64,000 bases of DNA from Terriglobia bacterium (GTDB taxonomy: Bacteria; Acidobacteriota; Terriglobia; 20CM-2-55-15), in the NCBI GenBank assembly GCA_965198225.1, contig CBDAOY010000009.1, positions 768,001 to 832,000 on the forward strand. The letters run 5' to 3'. Shown in pieces: positions 19,638-30,139 of the stretch. The notes under the pieces are model-generated. The model searched no databases and was not told the DNA's origin. It was given only the letters and a program-made list of their open reading frames with translations. The position numbers and the translations under genes are program-made. Each line of letters begins with the position of its first letter. Position 1 is the first letter of the stretch.

Positions 19638-19899
19638 GTCCACCGCCGATCCATCCAGCCCGTTGACCCCGTTCAGGCCAACTGAACGGACCCTCGTGTT
19701 TTTCCTGTCCGCTCCCAGTTGTTGTGTGGTAGTGGTACAGGTCAACAAAGTTTTTAATAATCCACAAGAAGAGGGCGAGGACCGGTGGGTGGCGTTTCCT
19801 AGACCCACGTGATCTTCCAGTACTCCATTAATTTATGGTGCGCTGAATCTATTCAATAGAAGATCAAATAAAAAATGTATCTCAAACCGTGAGGTAGTT

Positions 19900-20994
19900 G
19901 TGGACTTAAGGCGTAGAGATTTTCTGAAAATTATGCCTCTCAGTGTACTTGTGCCGGGACAATTTCAATCCGGAGAGCTCAAAAGCCAGGACTCGAATCA
20001 AATTGAACAGCTTTACGAAAAAGCCATTGTAATAGATGCCCTCATCTCAGCCCGGGATTGGGATGAAGATTGGTTGAAGGCTGTCGAGCAGTCAGGTTAT
20101 ACCGGGCTTCTGACTTCTCTTTCTACTGGGAATTTGACAGCTGCCCTTAGAGATTTGGCCACGTGGGATCAGCGTATTCAAGATAACCCCGACAAGCTTG
20201 TCAGAGCTGTTTCTGCAGCAGATTTCGAACGCGCAAAGCGTGATGGCAAGCTGGCGATGATGTTCGGTTTTCAAAATGCCACGATGATTGGAAATGAAAT
20301 AGATAATTTAGAAAACTTGTACGAGAACGGCACCCGCTGGATTCAGTTGACGTACAACGAACGAAACCTCCTTGGTGATGGCTGCACAGAGCGTACGAAC
20401 GCCGGACTGTCTGATTTTGGTGTTGCTGTGGTCGAGCGGATGAATCAATTGGGTATTATCGTGGATTTGTCACACTGCGGCCGCCAGACAACAATGGACG
20501 GCATACAATTCAGCAATCCCGGGCCGTGTTTCAACCATACTATGTGTGAGGCCCTGTACCCTGATCATCCTCGTGCCAAGACAGATGAGCAGATACGGGC
20601 AATGGCTGATAAAGGCGGGGTAATGGGAATTATCGCGCTCGGCTATATGATCGGCCCGGATCCGGGTGGAGAGACGACAATCGAAACTCATGCTGACCAT
20701 ATCGATCATGCGGTGAAGGTCGCAGGTATCGATCACGTGGGCCTGTCATCAGATTTTACAATCCGTGGGATTTCACGCGGGGTCACCCGTGAAAGCTGGT
20801 ATGTACCCCGTCTGACAAGTTTTAAGCCGTCTTATCAGGTCCGGTGGCCTCCGTGGATTCCTGAGTTGGAATCGCCTGAACGGTACAAGAATGTAGCTCG
20901 CGTGTTGGACCGCCGTGGTTATCGATCCGGTGATATTGAAAAAATATTAGGACTAAACTGGCTCCGGTTCTATCGCGAAGTATTGAAACCCTGA
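19900..20994 (+). CDS. Membrane dipeptidase (peptidase M19), Tat-exported
   Basis: RRRDFLK Tat motif; QLTYNERN, DLSHC and DHVGLSSDF motifs; visibly more AT-rich than its neighbours. Confidence 0.9.
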   Translation: MDLRRRDFLKIMPLSVLVPGQFQSGELKSQDSNQIEQLYEKAIVIDALISARDWDEDWLKAVEQSGYTGLLTSLSTGNLTAALRDLATWDQRIQDNPDKLVRAVSAADFERAKRDGKLAMMFGFQNATMIGNEIDNLENLYENGTRWIQLTYNERNLLGDGCTERTNAGLSDFGVAVVERMNQLGIIVDLSHCGRQTTMDGIQFSNPGPCFNHTMCEALYPDHPRAKTDEQIRAMADKGGVMGIIALGYMIGPDPGGETTIETHADHIDHAVKVAGIDHVGLSSDFTIRGISRGVTRESWYVPRLTSFKPSYQVRWPPWIPELESPERYKNVARVLDRRGYRSGDIEKILGLNWLRFYREVLKP

Positions 20995-21042
20995 TTAATA
21001 AGGTTAGGAAGGCCTATCCAGGCACCGGAGGGGTAAATAACC

Positions 21043-21076
21043 GAAAGAACTGAAGGAACGGTCGCCGGTGCCGTAG
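21043..21076 (+). pseudogene. Kinase 3'-tail remnant
   Basis: gaaagaactgaaggaacggtcgccggtgccgtag versus kinase 3 end gaagaactgaaggaacgggtgccggtgccttaa. Confidence 0.8.
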
Positions 21077-21167
21077 CCTTCGCTGAGCGACCTTCCAACC
21101 ACCGCAACTCTCTTCCGACTACAGGAATCAGCAGTCCTCGACAATCCACGGGGATGTATGGCCGCCG

Positions 21168-21785
21168 ACACTCCAAGCTCGGACGTGAAGTCGCCATCAA
21201 GACCCTCCCCGAGGAGTTTGCCAATGACGGGGAGCGACTGGCCCTCTTTGAGCGTGAAGCGAAGCTACTCGCCTCGTTGAACCATCCGAACATCGCCACG
21301 TTCCACGGTTTGGAAGAAGACAACGGTACCCGGTTTCTCGTCTTGGAACTCGTTGAAGGCGACACGCTGGCGTACAGGCTGAAGCGCGGCGCCATCCCCG
21401 TCGAAGAATCCCTCAAGCTCGCGCTCCAGATCGCCGAAGCGCTCGAAGCCGCTCACGAGAAGGGCATCATCCTCCGGGTCCTGAAACCCGCAAAAATAAA
21501 AGTCACACCCGACGGCAAGCTGAAGGTCCTGGATTTCGGTCTGGCGAAGGCATTTGCGGGGGATGGTTCCGACGTGAACTTGTCGCACTCCCCAACGATT
21601 AGCATGGCGGCGACGCAGCAGGGCACGATTCTCGGAACGGCCGCATACATGTCCCCCGAGCAAGCCAAGGGACGCGAGATCGACAAGAGGACCGACATAT
21701 GGGCCTTTGGCTGCGTGCTCTACGAAATGCTCATAGGCCGATCCGCCTTTGGCGGTGAAGACGTTGCGGATACGCTTGCGTTCGT
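21168..21785 (+). pseudogene. Degenerate kinase catalytic-domain fragment
   Basis: Starts at [10 protein letters not shown] (no P-loop); HRDLKPAN changed to LRVLKPAK; homology ends near EDVADTLA. Confidence 0.88.
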
Positions 21786-22014
21786 GGGGATAAGTAAAAT
21801 AGGAGGGGTTGGCAGTGTAGGGTGTGTGGGAAGCGCAGCCGAGGCCAACCTGGTGCCGGAGGCTCGCGGCCGGGTGGTTTCCCAGCCCGGCATACTGGTT
21901 TCACAGGCGGTTCCAACGCATGGACACGTTGATTTGCACGGGCCAGTACGCTACTTTTGAATGTCGTTTTTTCGATATGGATTACAGAGCGCGATATCAA
22001 AGAAAGACCAACCT

Positions 22015-22782
22015 ATGACACCCATTCTGCGTCTATTTCGAATCCTGCTGCCGGGCATCATAGTGGGCATCGCTTTGAATGCGGCATTCCAGACCAGCGC
22101 GTACAGTCAAGCCCCAGAAGGGTCACCTACAAGAGCGTATAAGCCGCGCCCGCCGGAAGGTAAAGTTCCCATTCTCTGGATTGGTGGTGGCGACTGGCAC
22201 GATACATTGAATAACGCCGGTATCCTGCGATGGTACCTTGAAGCAGCGGGTCCTTACCACATCACTTACACCGAGGATTATGACGTGTTCACCCGCCTGC
22301 GCCCATATCGCGTGGTCGTGATGCATCACCAGGCCCGCAGTATCACAAATGCTGAAGAGCGTGCCCTGCTGGATGCGGTTTCAGCAGGGAAGCCGGTCGT
22401 GGCCCTGCACTCCAGCACGGCGGCGCTCCGGGTTGAAGGGCACGAGCGTCCCAAATATCACGCACTGCTGGGCGCGCGGTTTCTCAAACACCCTCCCCAA
22501 CACGACTTTCGCGTAACGCTGACCGACCGCGCTCATCCCATCCTCAGCGGGCTGGACGATTTCAACATCTGGGACGAGCTCTATATGTTTGACAGTCTCC
22601 AGCCCGATCGCCATGTGTTGATGACCGCGGACTTTGAGGGAACTACCTATCCTATCGCCTGGACCCGGCAGCATGGAAAGGGGAAGGTGTTCTACACGGC
22701 ACTGGGGCACGGCGTCGAGGCCAACAGCAACCCACACTTTCAGCGCCTCGTCCACCAGGCAATCGAATGGGCCCTGGAGTAA
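22015..22782 (+). CDS. ThuA-like (class I GATase-like fold) exported protein
   Basis: GGGDWHD, VALHSS, WDELY, PIAWTRQHGKGKVFYTALGH; hydrophobic N-terminus. Confidence 0.85.
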   Translation: MTPILRLFRILLPGIIVGIALNAAFQTSAYSQAPEGSPTRAYKPRPPEGKVPILWIGGGDWHDTLNNAGILRWYLEAAGPYHITYTEDYDVFTRLRPYRVVVMHHQARSITNAEERALLDAVSAGKPVVALHSSTAALRVEGHERPKYHALLGARFLKHPPQHDFRVTLTDRAHPILSGLDDFNIWDELYMFDSLQPDRHVLMTADFEGTTYPIAWTRQHGKGKVFYTALGHGVEANSNPHFQRLVHQAIEWALE

Positions 22783-22829
22783 GGATCGTGGTCCGGCCGT
22801 AGCAGGAGTAATTGCATGGCTGGCTCAGA

Positions 22830-22927
22830 CCACGCCGCGGCCGGACAGCCAGTCAAATCCTTCACTGCAGATCAACGTCGTCTTGAACTGGACGGAAGAA
22901 CTAAAGGAACGGGTGCCGGTGCCCTAT
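22830..22927 (+). pseudogene. Kinase 3'-tail remnant
   Basis: Translates ...QINVVLNWTEELKERVPVP. Confidence 0.9.
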
Positions 22928-23343
22928 TCGCCGCCACCGAACCTCCCCGACAGCGTCTCGGTTTGCCACTCTGTTTCAATCCACATGCTCGAAAAGTCGT
23001 TAGCGTTCATCGGAAGTGCCGCGGCGAGCGCGGCCACAGGATGAGCGAGAAGTTCCCACCGCGGCAGTTTCGATAACAAGACTTGAAGGAGGGCGCTGGC
23101 CGAATGCGGCGGACGCGGTGGGCTATGGAGAAAGTAGCCGGAAGCGGGCCGGATCTGGAGTGGCGTTGGGGCGAGGAGGGGGACCGGCGGTCGATGACCG
23201 CGTCGATGGTGTGAATCGGAAAGCAGTTGGGTCGGGGAATCGGTGGGTTGAAAGGACGGGATCTGAGGGGATTTTGCAGCGGAGGCACACTCCGGCGAGG
23301 ACGTGGCTGAACCGCACGTCGGTCGTCGGTTTGTGAAGGAGGA

Positions 23344-24513
23344 TTAGGACGTATCGCATTGGAAGGCGAGCCTCGCTACGAGTTGCAGAGCGGTGAAGCG
23401 TTGGATGAGAGTCATCGGTCCCTGACAGTGCGGACACGACCAGGAAGAGTTCGAGGTGGTGGTTTCGTCAGATTCGACCCTCGGCATGGCATCGAGGAGT
23501 TGGCGACAGAGAGCGAAGGCGGCCGACCGGCGGTAGTTGGCCATGAATCCGAAGTGTCGGATGCGGACGAAGCCCTTCGGCAGAACGTGCAATAAGAACC
23601 GTCGGATGAACTCGTCGGCCGCGAGTGTCATGATGCGACTCTTGTTGCCATTGCGGTAATCCCGCCAACGGAACCGGACCCGGTTACCGTCAAACGAGAT
23701 CAATCGATGGTTGGAGATGGCGACCCGATGGGTGTAGCGGCCCAGGTAGCGGAGCACCTGTTCGGGGCCACCAAAGGGTCGTTTGATATAGACGACCCAG
23801 TTGCGGGAATGGATCTGGCGGCGGAACCGCCGAAAGTGTTGCGGTTCGCCGAAGGGTCGAATCGAGCCGGACAGTTCGAGCGAACCGTCGGCGATCGCTC
23901 GCCCGAGCCCGTCGATGAACTTGCCACGGAAGACTCGGGCGAGCACCTGCTTGGGGAGGAAGAAGCGCCCAGAACCCGGAATCCAACGGGACTGATCCGG
24001 AGCCAGTCCGCCGGCCGGTACCACGCAGTGGATGTGGGGATGGAACTCCAGGTTCTGACTCCAGGTATGCAGGATGCCGAAGAAGCCGATCCGGGCGCCG
24101 AGTCGTTTCGGATTGGCCGCCACCTCGATCATCGTGTCGGCCACGCTGCGAAACAGCAGGCTGTAGAGTAGGGCAGGGTTGTGGAAGAAGAACGGATGGA
24201 ACTGGTGCGGGACGGTGAACACGACGTGGAAGTAGGGGGTGGGCAGCAGTTCGGCTTCTCGTGCTTCGAGCCACCGTCGTCGGGCCTGGGTCTGACACTT
24301 CGGGCAGTGGCGGTTGCGGCAGGAGTTGAACGAGATTCCGGACTCCCGGCCACAATCGGCACACCGGTCGATGTGGCCACCCAGAGCCGCAGTACGACAG
24401 TTCAGGATGGCGCGCAGGACCTTGAGCTTCTGGATGCCGAGGCGGTGACGCTGGAGGAAACCTCGAACCCGGGCGCGGACGATGTCGGCCACCTCGACGG
24501 CGGGCCGGCTCAT
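23344..24513 (-). CDS. IS91 family transposase
   Basis: Translation identical to 8381-9550. Confidence 0.93.
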   Translation of the reverse strand: MSRPAVEVADIVRARVRGFLQRHRLGIQKLKVLRAILNCRTAALGGHIDRCADCGRESGISFNSCRNRHCPKCQTQARRRWLEAREAELLPTPYFHVVFTVPHQFHPFFFHNPALLYSLLFRSVADTMIEVAANPKRLGARIGFFGILHTWSQNLEFHPHIHCVVPAGGLAPDQSRWIPGSGRFFLPKQVLARVFRGKFIDGLGRAIADGSLELSGSIRPFGEPQHFRRFRRQIHSRNWVVYIKRPFGGPEQVLRYLGRYTHRVAISNHRLISFDGNRVRFRWRDYRNGNKSRIMTLAADEFIRRFLLHVLPKGFVRIRHFGFMANYRRSAAFALCRQLLDAMPRVESDETTTSNSSWSCPHCQGPMTLIQRFTALQLVARLAFQCDTS

Positions 24514-25400
24514 TCGCCTTTCTTCTTTCTCAGACGGGGAGACGGTCCCAGATCGGGAACCGGAAGAGAATCGATCGGGTTCACCACGCGCTGCATGTGC
24601 GCCTGAGACAAATGGAGATAGAGGGTCGTCGCTTCCAGATCGACATGACCCAACAGGAGCTGGATGGTTCGCAGGTCGGTTCCCCTCTCCAGCAGGTGGG
24701 TGGCCCAGCTGTGGCGCAGCGTATGTGGGGATACTTTCTTTTTGATGCCGGCACGTTGGGCGGCTTGTTGGACGGCGTACCAAACCGTCTTCACATCGAT
24801 GGGCTGTCCGGGCCGGGTCCGGAGCAAACTGGGGAAGAGGTACTCGCCGGGTTTCCGCCAACGCCAGTAGTCGCGCAGGACTTCCAGCAGTTTCGGTGAC
24901 AGCGGCACGTCGCGGTCGCGATTGCCTTTACCCTGCCTCACATGGATCACCATGCGTTCGCTATCGACGTCCTCGACCTTCAGACGACACAGCTCGGCCC
25001 GCCGCAGTCCCGTCGAATACAAGGTCATCAGGATGACGAAGTGATAGGCACTGTTGGCGGAGGCCAGCAGTTGCGCCACTTCCTCTTCGCTCAGAATCGT
25101 GGGCAACCGGGACGGCTGTTTCGGATAGACCAGATCGACCTGGTGATAGGGACGGCGAAGCACCTTCACGTAGAAGAACCGGAGTGCGGCGATCCGTCCG
25201 ATGATGGTGTCGACAGCGAGCTTGCGCTCCTGAAGCAGATGCAGCTGGTACTGCCGCATCTGTTCCTGTTCGAGCTTGTCGGGGGACTTCCCGAAGTAGC
25301 GGGCGAAGTCTTCGACCGCGTGAAGATACAGCCGAATCGTAGCGGGTGAGTAGTTCCGGCGCTGGAGTTCCTCCAGCATCCGTTGTCGCAGCTTCGTCAT
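24510..25400 (-). CDS. Tyrosine recombinase/integrase
   Basis: Translation identical to 9547-10437. Confidence 0.95.
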   Translation of the reverse strand: MTKLRQRMLEELQRRNYSPATIRLYLHAVEDFARYFGKSPDKLEQEQMRQYQLHLLQERKLAVDTIIGRIAALRFFYVKVLRRPYHQVDLVYPKQPSRLPTILSEEEVAQLLASANSAYHFVILMTLYSTGLRRAELCRLKVEDVDSERMVIHVRQGKGNRDRDVPLSPKLLEVLRDYWRWRKPGEYLFPSLLRTRPGQPIDVKTVWYAVQQAAQRAGIKKKVSPHTLRHSWATHLLERGTDLRTIQLLLGHVDLEATTLYLHLSQAHMQRVVNPIDSLPVPDLGPSPRLRKKKGE

Positions 25401-25629
25401 GTGAGCCTCCTTGTGAGGCTCACACTCTATCGGGGGCTCATCACTCTTCGCTCAGCACACGCGTAGCGTCCGCCGCGCCAGCGGCTTCGTTCAAGTCGCC
25501 TATGCTCCCATGTGGATCTTGCCAGAAAGGCCCCGTTTCAGGCGCTTCGCAGGTTTCTCCGTATCGGCGGCGTTACAGGATATTGCCTTCCTGATTGACC
25601 CCAAGTCCGTTCCGTAGTCTGATCTAGGC

Positions 25630-25719
25630 GTGATCCAACCCGGTTCAGCGCTCGCGCACTATGAAGTCGTTTCTGCCCTCGGCAAGGGCGGCATGGGCGA
25701 GGTGTAGAAAGCCCGGGAA
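25630..25719 (+). pseudogene. Kinase 5'-head remnant with nonsense codon
   Basis: [28 protein letters not shown] (TGG->TAG), preceded by ctgattgacc...cgtagtct. Confidence 0.9.
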
Positions 25720-25858
25720 AATCCACTTTGACAACGGATGCGACGGTTCAAGTCTGCATGAGTTGACCAGCGGGGCCGACAGCGAGGCCCAGCGACACCG
25801 ACCGGACTGCTGAAACAGTTTTGTGGTGCCTATCGCGTAGAAGGTACGCGACAAAGAC

Positions 25859-26695
25859 ATGAGTGGCAAACGCCAGATCGACTACGGGGAGGTTCGGCGC
25901 TACTTTGCTCAAGCTGGCGCCGACACGGCGGCTTGTGCGAGCTACATGGCCCACGCACAAGACTTGCCCGAAAACGCTGTTCGTTATCGCTTCCGGAAGG
26001 AAGGCGCAGCGATACGCGACTGGCTCGATGTCGGGGGGCCGCAAGCGCGGGTACTCGACTTGGGCTGTGGGTCGGGGACCTGGACCGAGCTCTTCGCTCA
26101 GCGCTTCGGCAGCGTCATCGGGATCGAACAGAGCCCTGCGATGCTGGTCGCTGCAAAAACGAAACTCATGGGACGGTCGAACGTGGAGCTTCTGAACCAG
26201 GACGTTCGAGAGCCATTGCCACCGGGGCCATTTGATCTCGTCTTTTTAGGAGGGATCTGCATGTACCTGAGCGACGCTGACACGATCGCGCTCGTTCAAG
26301 CAGTTATCGAACGTCTCGGTGATCGAGGGCGGGTCGTTTTACGGGAGACTACCGTTGCGAACGGATACGAGCACGTAGAGGGCGAGTATCATGCGATCTA
26401 TCGCAGCGTCGACGTTTACCGAAGGCTCTTTCGAGAGGCTGGCTTGTCGCGCGTCGACACACGTCGAAACTACGCCTATACCTATATGGAGATCGCAGTC
26501 GAACTCGTCGAACTGCGACGCCGCTACCTGCGTATGCTGCCGTACACGTCACCTTTTCTTGGCGCTTTGACCTGGTGGTCGCTACGGGCTACGTCGCCCG
26601 TATGCTTCGCGCTTCTTCCCCGAGCGGCGGCGTGGCTTCGTGTGTGTTGGCCAAAGCTCCAGAACCATTTTTTTATGCTAGAGAATGCAAGTTGA
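25859..26695 (+). CDS. Class I SAM-dependent methyltransferase (phosphoethanolamine N-methyltransferase-like)
   Basis: VLDLGCGSG motif I; DLVF...MYLSD, LRET and YR motifs. Confidence 0.85.
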   Translation: MSGKRQIDYGEVRRYFAQAGADTAACASYMAHAQDLPENAVRYRFRKEGAAIRDWLDVGGPQARVLDLGCGSGTWTELFAQRFGSVIGIEQSPAMLVAAKTKLMGRSNVELLNQDVREPLPPGPFDLVFLGGICMYLSDADTIALVQAVIERLGDRGRVVLRETTVANGYEHVEGEYHAIYRSVDVYRRLFREAGLSRVDTRRNYAYTYMEIAVELVELRRRYLRMLPYTSPFLGALTWWSLRATSPVCFALLPRAAAWLRVCWPKLQNHFFMLENAS

Positions 26696-26722
26696 CGCTC
26701 TGGCAGATTCAGAGAGATCTAC

Positions 26723-28585
26723 GTGAAAACCGACCGATGGAATCTCACGCCCAATAAGCGCCCTGAAAGTATCCGCAAAGCGGTGATTCTCGCCGCCGGT
26801 GTTGGCAACCGGCTTCGTCCATTCACCAACAAGCTTCCAAAATGCCTGGTTCAGGTGGCCGGTGTTCCCATCCTGGACAATACACTCGCGCATCTGGCCG
26901 CGCTCGGTACCGAGGAAATCGCTATCGTCGTCGGCCACCACAAGGAGATCATCATCGAGCGGTTCGGCGCGAGTTACCTCGGAATGTCGATGACCTACGT
27001 CGTGTCGGAGGACTACGAGAAAACCAACAACATCTATTCGTTATGGCTCGCCCGTGATCATCTCACTCAAGACGTACTGCTGCTGGAGGCAGATGTTTTT
27101 TTCGAGCGCGCGGTTTTGGAGCGACTACTTTTGCAGAGTGGCGGCAACCTGGCCATCGTGTCGCGGCACCAGAGTTGGATGTCTGGCACGGTCGTCAGTG
27201 TGGATGCTCGTGGTCGCATCCAGGCAACGATCGACTCCCAGAATCAAGAGGATGGCTTCGATTATGCAAAGTTCTTCAAGACGGCCAACATCTACCTCTT
27301 TCGTCAGGACTTCCTCAACCGGTATTTCCTGCCGCAGCTGGAAGCCTACATCACGTCTAGAGACTACGACGAATACTACGAATCGATTCTCATCACGCTG
27401 GGGCACCGAGGCAAGAACAACCTCGTCGCTGTGGATTGTGACGACCTGAAGTGGTACGAGATCGATGATGAAAGCGACCGATTGGCGGCTGAGTATCTAT
27501 TCAACTCAGGCGAGGAGCGTTACGACCACGTCCAGAGCCAACACGGGGGGTATTGGCGCTTTGGGTTTGCCGATCACGCTTACTTGTACAATCCGTATTA
27601 CCCGCCTAAGCCGATGTTCGCGGATTTTGAGAACAACCTGCGCGAGCTGGTGCTCAACTATCCTCCCGGACAGGAGGTTGTCGCCCGGCTCGCCGGCACT
27701 TTGATCGGGCAACCTTCCTCTCGCATTCTGGTTGGAAACGGGGCTTCGGAACTGATTAAGATCATCTCTGGCCGCCTTCCCGGACCGATCGCCTGTCCTG
27801 TACCCTCGTTCAACGAGTACGAGGACGCTGCGCGAGCGGGGGCCTTCGTCCCGTTCGAACTGCCCTCTCCCACTTTCGAACTCGACGTAGATGCCTTTGC
27901 CCAACGGGTTCTCGCGACCGAGGCAAGACTGGCCATCGTAGTGACACCTAACAATCCCACCTCGTTGGCGGTGCCCAGAACAGACATCTTGCGCCTTGCC
28001 GCGAAACTCGAATCGACCGAATGCATGCTGGTTGTCGATGAATCCTTCATCGACTTTGCATACGACTATCAGGAGTTGAGCGTGGAGGGTTGGGTTGACA
28101 GCGTTCCTAACCTCGCGGTCCTCAAGAGCTTGAGCAAGTCCTTCGGGATCGGCGGACTGCGGCTGGGCTATCTCCTGACGGCCAATGAGGGACTCGCGAA
28201 CGCGGTGCGCGCCGAGTTGCACATCTGGAACATCAACGGTTTCGCGGAAGCCTTCCTGCGCCAGGCACCGCGCTGGCGCAAGGCGTTCAGGCAGAGTTGC
28301 GCTCTGGTTCGCGACCACTGCGATGAGCTCTACGAAGGGTTGAACGAGATCCCCGGAATGACAGCATATCGACCTCAGGCTAACTTCGTATTGTGTCGTC
28401 TCCCAGCTCCAGGCCCATCCGGTCCGGTCATCGCGAAACGGCTCTTCGTGGAGAACAACATCTTCGTCAAGCACTGCGCTGGTAAGCACATGTCGGATGC
28501 GGATCGGTATCTGCGCATCGCCAGCAGGACGGCCGCGGACAACCATATGCTCGTCGAAGCGATGCGGCAATGCCTGACCCAATGA
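26723..28585 (+). CDS. Fusion of LicC-like cytidylyltransferase and PLP-dependent class I/II (CobD/HisC-like) enzyme
   Basis: AVILAAGVGNRLRP..PKCL, TNNIYSL, WYEIDD; then GNGASE, PNNPT, VDESF, SLSKSFGIGGLRLG. Confidence 0.9.
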   Translation: MKTDRWNLTPNKRPESIRKAVILAAGVGNRLRPFTNKLPKCLVQVAGVPILDNTLAHLAALGTEEIAIVVGHHKEIIIERFGASYLGMSMTYVVSEDYEKTNNIYSLWLARDHLTQDVLLLEADVFFERAVLERLLLQSGGNLAIVSRHQSWMSGTVVSVDARGRIQATIDSQNQEDGFDYAKFFKTANIYLFRQDFLNRYFLPQLEAYITSRDYDEYYESILITLGHRGKNNLVAVDCDDLKWYEIDDESDRLAAEYLFNSGEERYDHVQSQHGGYWRFGFADHAYLYNPYYPPKPMFADFENNLRELVLNYPPGQEVVARLAGTLIGQPSSRILVGNGASELIKIISGRLPGPIACPVPSFNEYEDAARAGAFVPFELPSPTFELDVDAFAQRVLATEARLAIVVTPNNPTSLAVPRTDILRLAAKLESTECMLVVDESFIDFAYDYQELSVEGWVDSVPNLAVLKSLSKSFGIGGLRLGYLLTANEGLANAVRAELHIWNINGFAEAFLRQAPRWRKAFRQSCALVRDHCDELYEGLNEIPGMTAYRPQANFVLCRLPAPGPSGPVIAKRLFVENNIFVKHCAGKHMSDADRYLRIASRTAADNHMLVEAMRQCLTQ

Positions 28586-29214
28586 CGAGTCCATGCAGCC
28601 GACGAAGCGCCCTGTCTTTTGTCTACGACAGAGCCAACCTGCTGACGTTGGCGGGGCTAGTGTGCGGAATCCTGGCTATTTGGTTCAGCGCGCGCGGCGC
28701 CTATCCCGCCGCCACCACAGCCCTGCTGTGGGCGCTGTTTTGCGATTGGTTCGATGGTCCGCTGGCTCGGCGAATGACCGACCGGACCGACGAGGACCGG
28801 GCCTTCGGCGCACAACTCGACTCCCTGACCGATATCGTATCCAGCGGCGTCGCTCCCGCGGTGCTCCTGATCAGCATTGGCAACTTCGACCCCTGGTTTC
28901 TACCAGGCGCTTTTCTGCTGGTGGTCGCGGGAGCGATTCGGCTGGCTCACTTCAACATTTTTGGCACCGACGGTGGCGCATACAGCGGCCTGCCGATCGA
29001 CAGCAATATCATCGTTGTGACGGCTCTGTTTCCTTTCCGTGAGCTGCTCGGGCACGCCACGTTCTCGTGGGCTCTTTACGTTGCGGTCGCCACACTCGCC
29101 ATCCTAAACGTTGCCCCCTTTCGGATGCCGAAGCTGGTGGGTGGCTGGTACTACATTGTCGCGATCTACGTCGTTGCCATGACCGCACTGAACCTGAGCT
29201 CATTAACGCGCTGA
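28582..29214 (+). CDS. CDP-alcohol phosphatidyltransferase
   Basis: ANLLTL and DWFDGPLARR...FGAQLDSLTD signature; multiple TM segments. Confidence 0.92.
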   Translation: MTSPCSRRSALSFVYDRANLLTLAGLVCGILAIWFSARGAYPAATTALLWALFCDWFDGPLARRMTDRTDEDRAFGAQLDSLTDIVSSGVAPAVLLISIGNFDPWFLPGAFLLVVAGAIRLAHFNIFGTDGGAYSGLPIDSNIIVVTALFPFRELLGHATFSWALYVAVATLAILNVAPFRMPKLVGGWYYIVAIYVVAMTALNLSSLTR

Positions 29215-29257
29215 GCTGGACTCAAAAGTCGCGGCATGATTCCAGTGAATCAACATT

Positions 29258-29290
29258 GAAGCACTGAAGGAACGGGTGCCGGTGCCATGA
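29258..29290 (+). pseudogene. Kinase 3'-tail remnant
   Basis: EALKERVPVP* (gaagcactgaaggaacgggtgccggtgccatga). Confidence 0.85.
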
Positions 29291-29351
29291 CCTGTGAGAC
29301 TCCCCCAAAAATCTCCTCAGCGGTGTTTCTGAGAATCCACATCCCCGAGAA

Positions 29352-30139
29352 GTCGTTAGCGTTCATCGGAAGTGCCGCGGCGAGCGCGGCCACAGGATGA
29401 GCGAGAAGTTCCCACCGCGGCAGTTTCGATAACAAGACTTGAAGGAGGGCGCTGGCCGAATGCGGCGGACGCGGTGGGCTATGGAGAAAGTAGCCGGAAG
29501 CGGGCCGGATCTGGAGTGGCGTTGGGGCGAGGAGGGGGACCGGCGGTCGATGACCGCGTCGATGGTGTGAATCGGAAAGCAGTTGGGTCGGGGAATCGGT
29601 GGGTTGAAAGGACGGGATCTGAGGGGATTTTGCAGCGGAGGCACACTCCGGCGAGGACGTGGCTGAACCGCACGTCGGTCGTCGGTTTGTGAAGGAGGAT
29701 TAGGACGTATCGCATTGGAAGGCGAGCCTCGCTACGAGTTGCAGAGCGGTGAAGCGTTGGATGAGAGTCATCGGTCCCTGACAGTGCGGACACGACCAGG
29801 AAGAGTTCGAGGTGGTGGTTTCGTCAGATTCGACCCTCGGCATGGCATCGAGGAGTTGGCGACAGAGAGCGAAGGCGGCCGACCGGCGGTAGTTGGCCAT
29901 GAATCCGAAGTGTCGGATGCGGACGAAGCCCTTCGGCAGAACGTGCAATAAGAACCGTCGGATGAACTCGTCGGCCGCGAGTGTCATGATGCGACTCTTG
30001 TTGCCATTGCGGTAATCCCGCCAACGGAACCGGACCCGGTTACCGTCAAACGAGATCAATCGATGGTTGGAGATGGCGACCCGATGGGTGTAGCGGCCCA
30101 GGTAGCGGAGCACCTGTTCGGGGCCACCAAAGGGTCGTT
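29352..30139 (-). mobile_element. Truncated copy 3 of the IS91/recombinase element (3' part of transposase only)
   Basis: Matches 8033-8820, then stops at an internal GTCGTT. Confidence 0.9.

Larger units (their letters stand above)
22996..25498 (-). mobile_element. IS91-family/tyrosine recombinase element, copy 2
   Basis: Same ORF set as copy 1 at a constant offset of 14963; GTCG at both ends. Confidence 0.93.
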
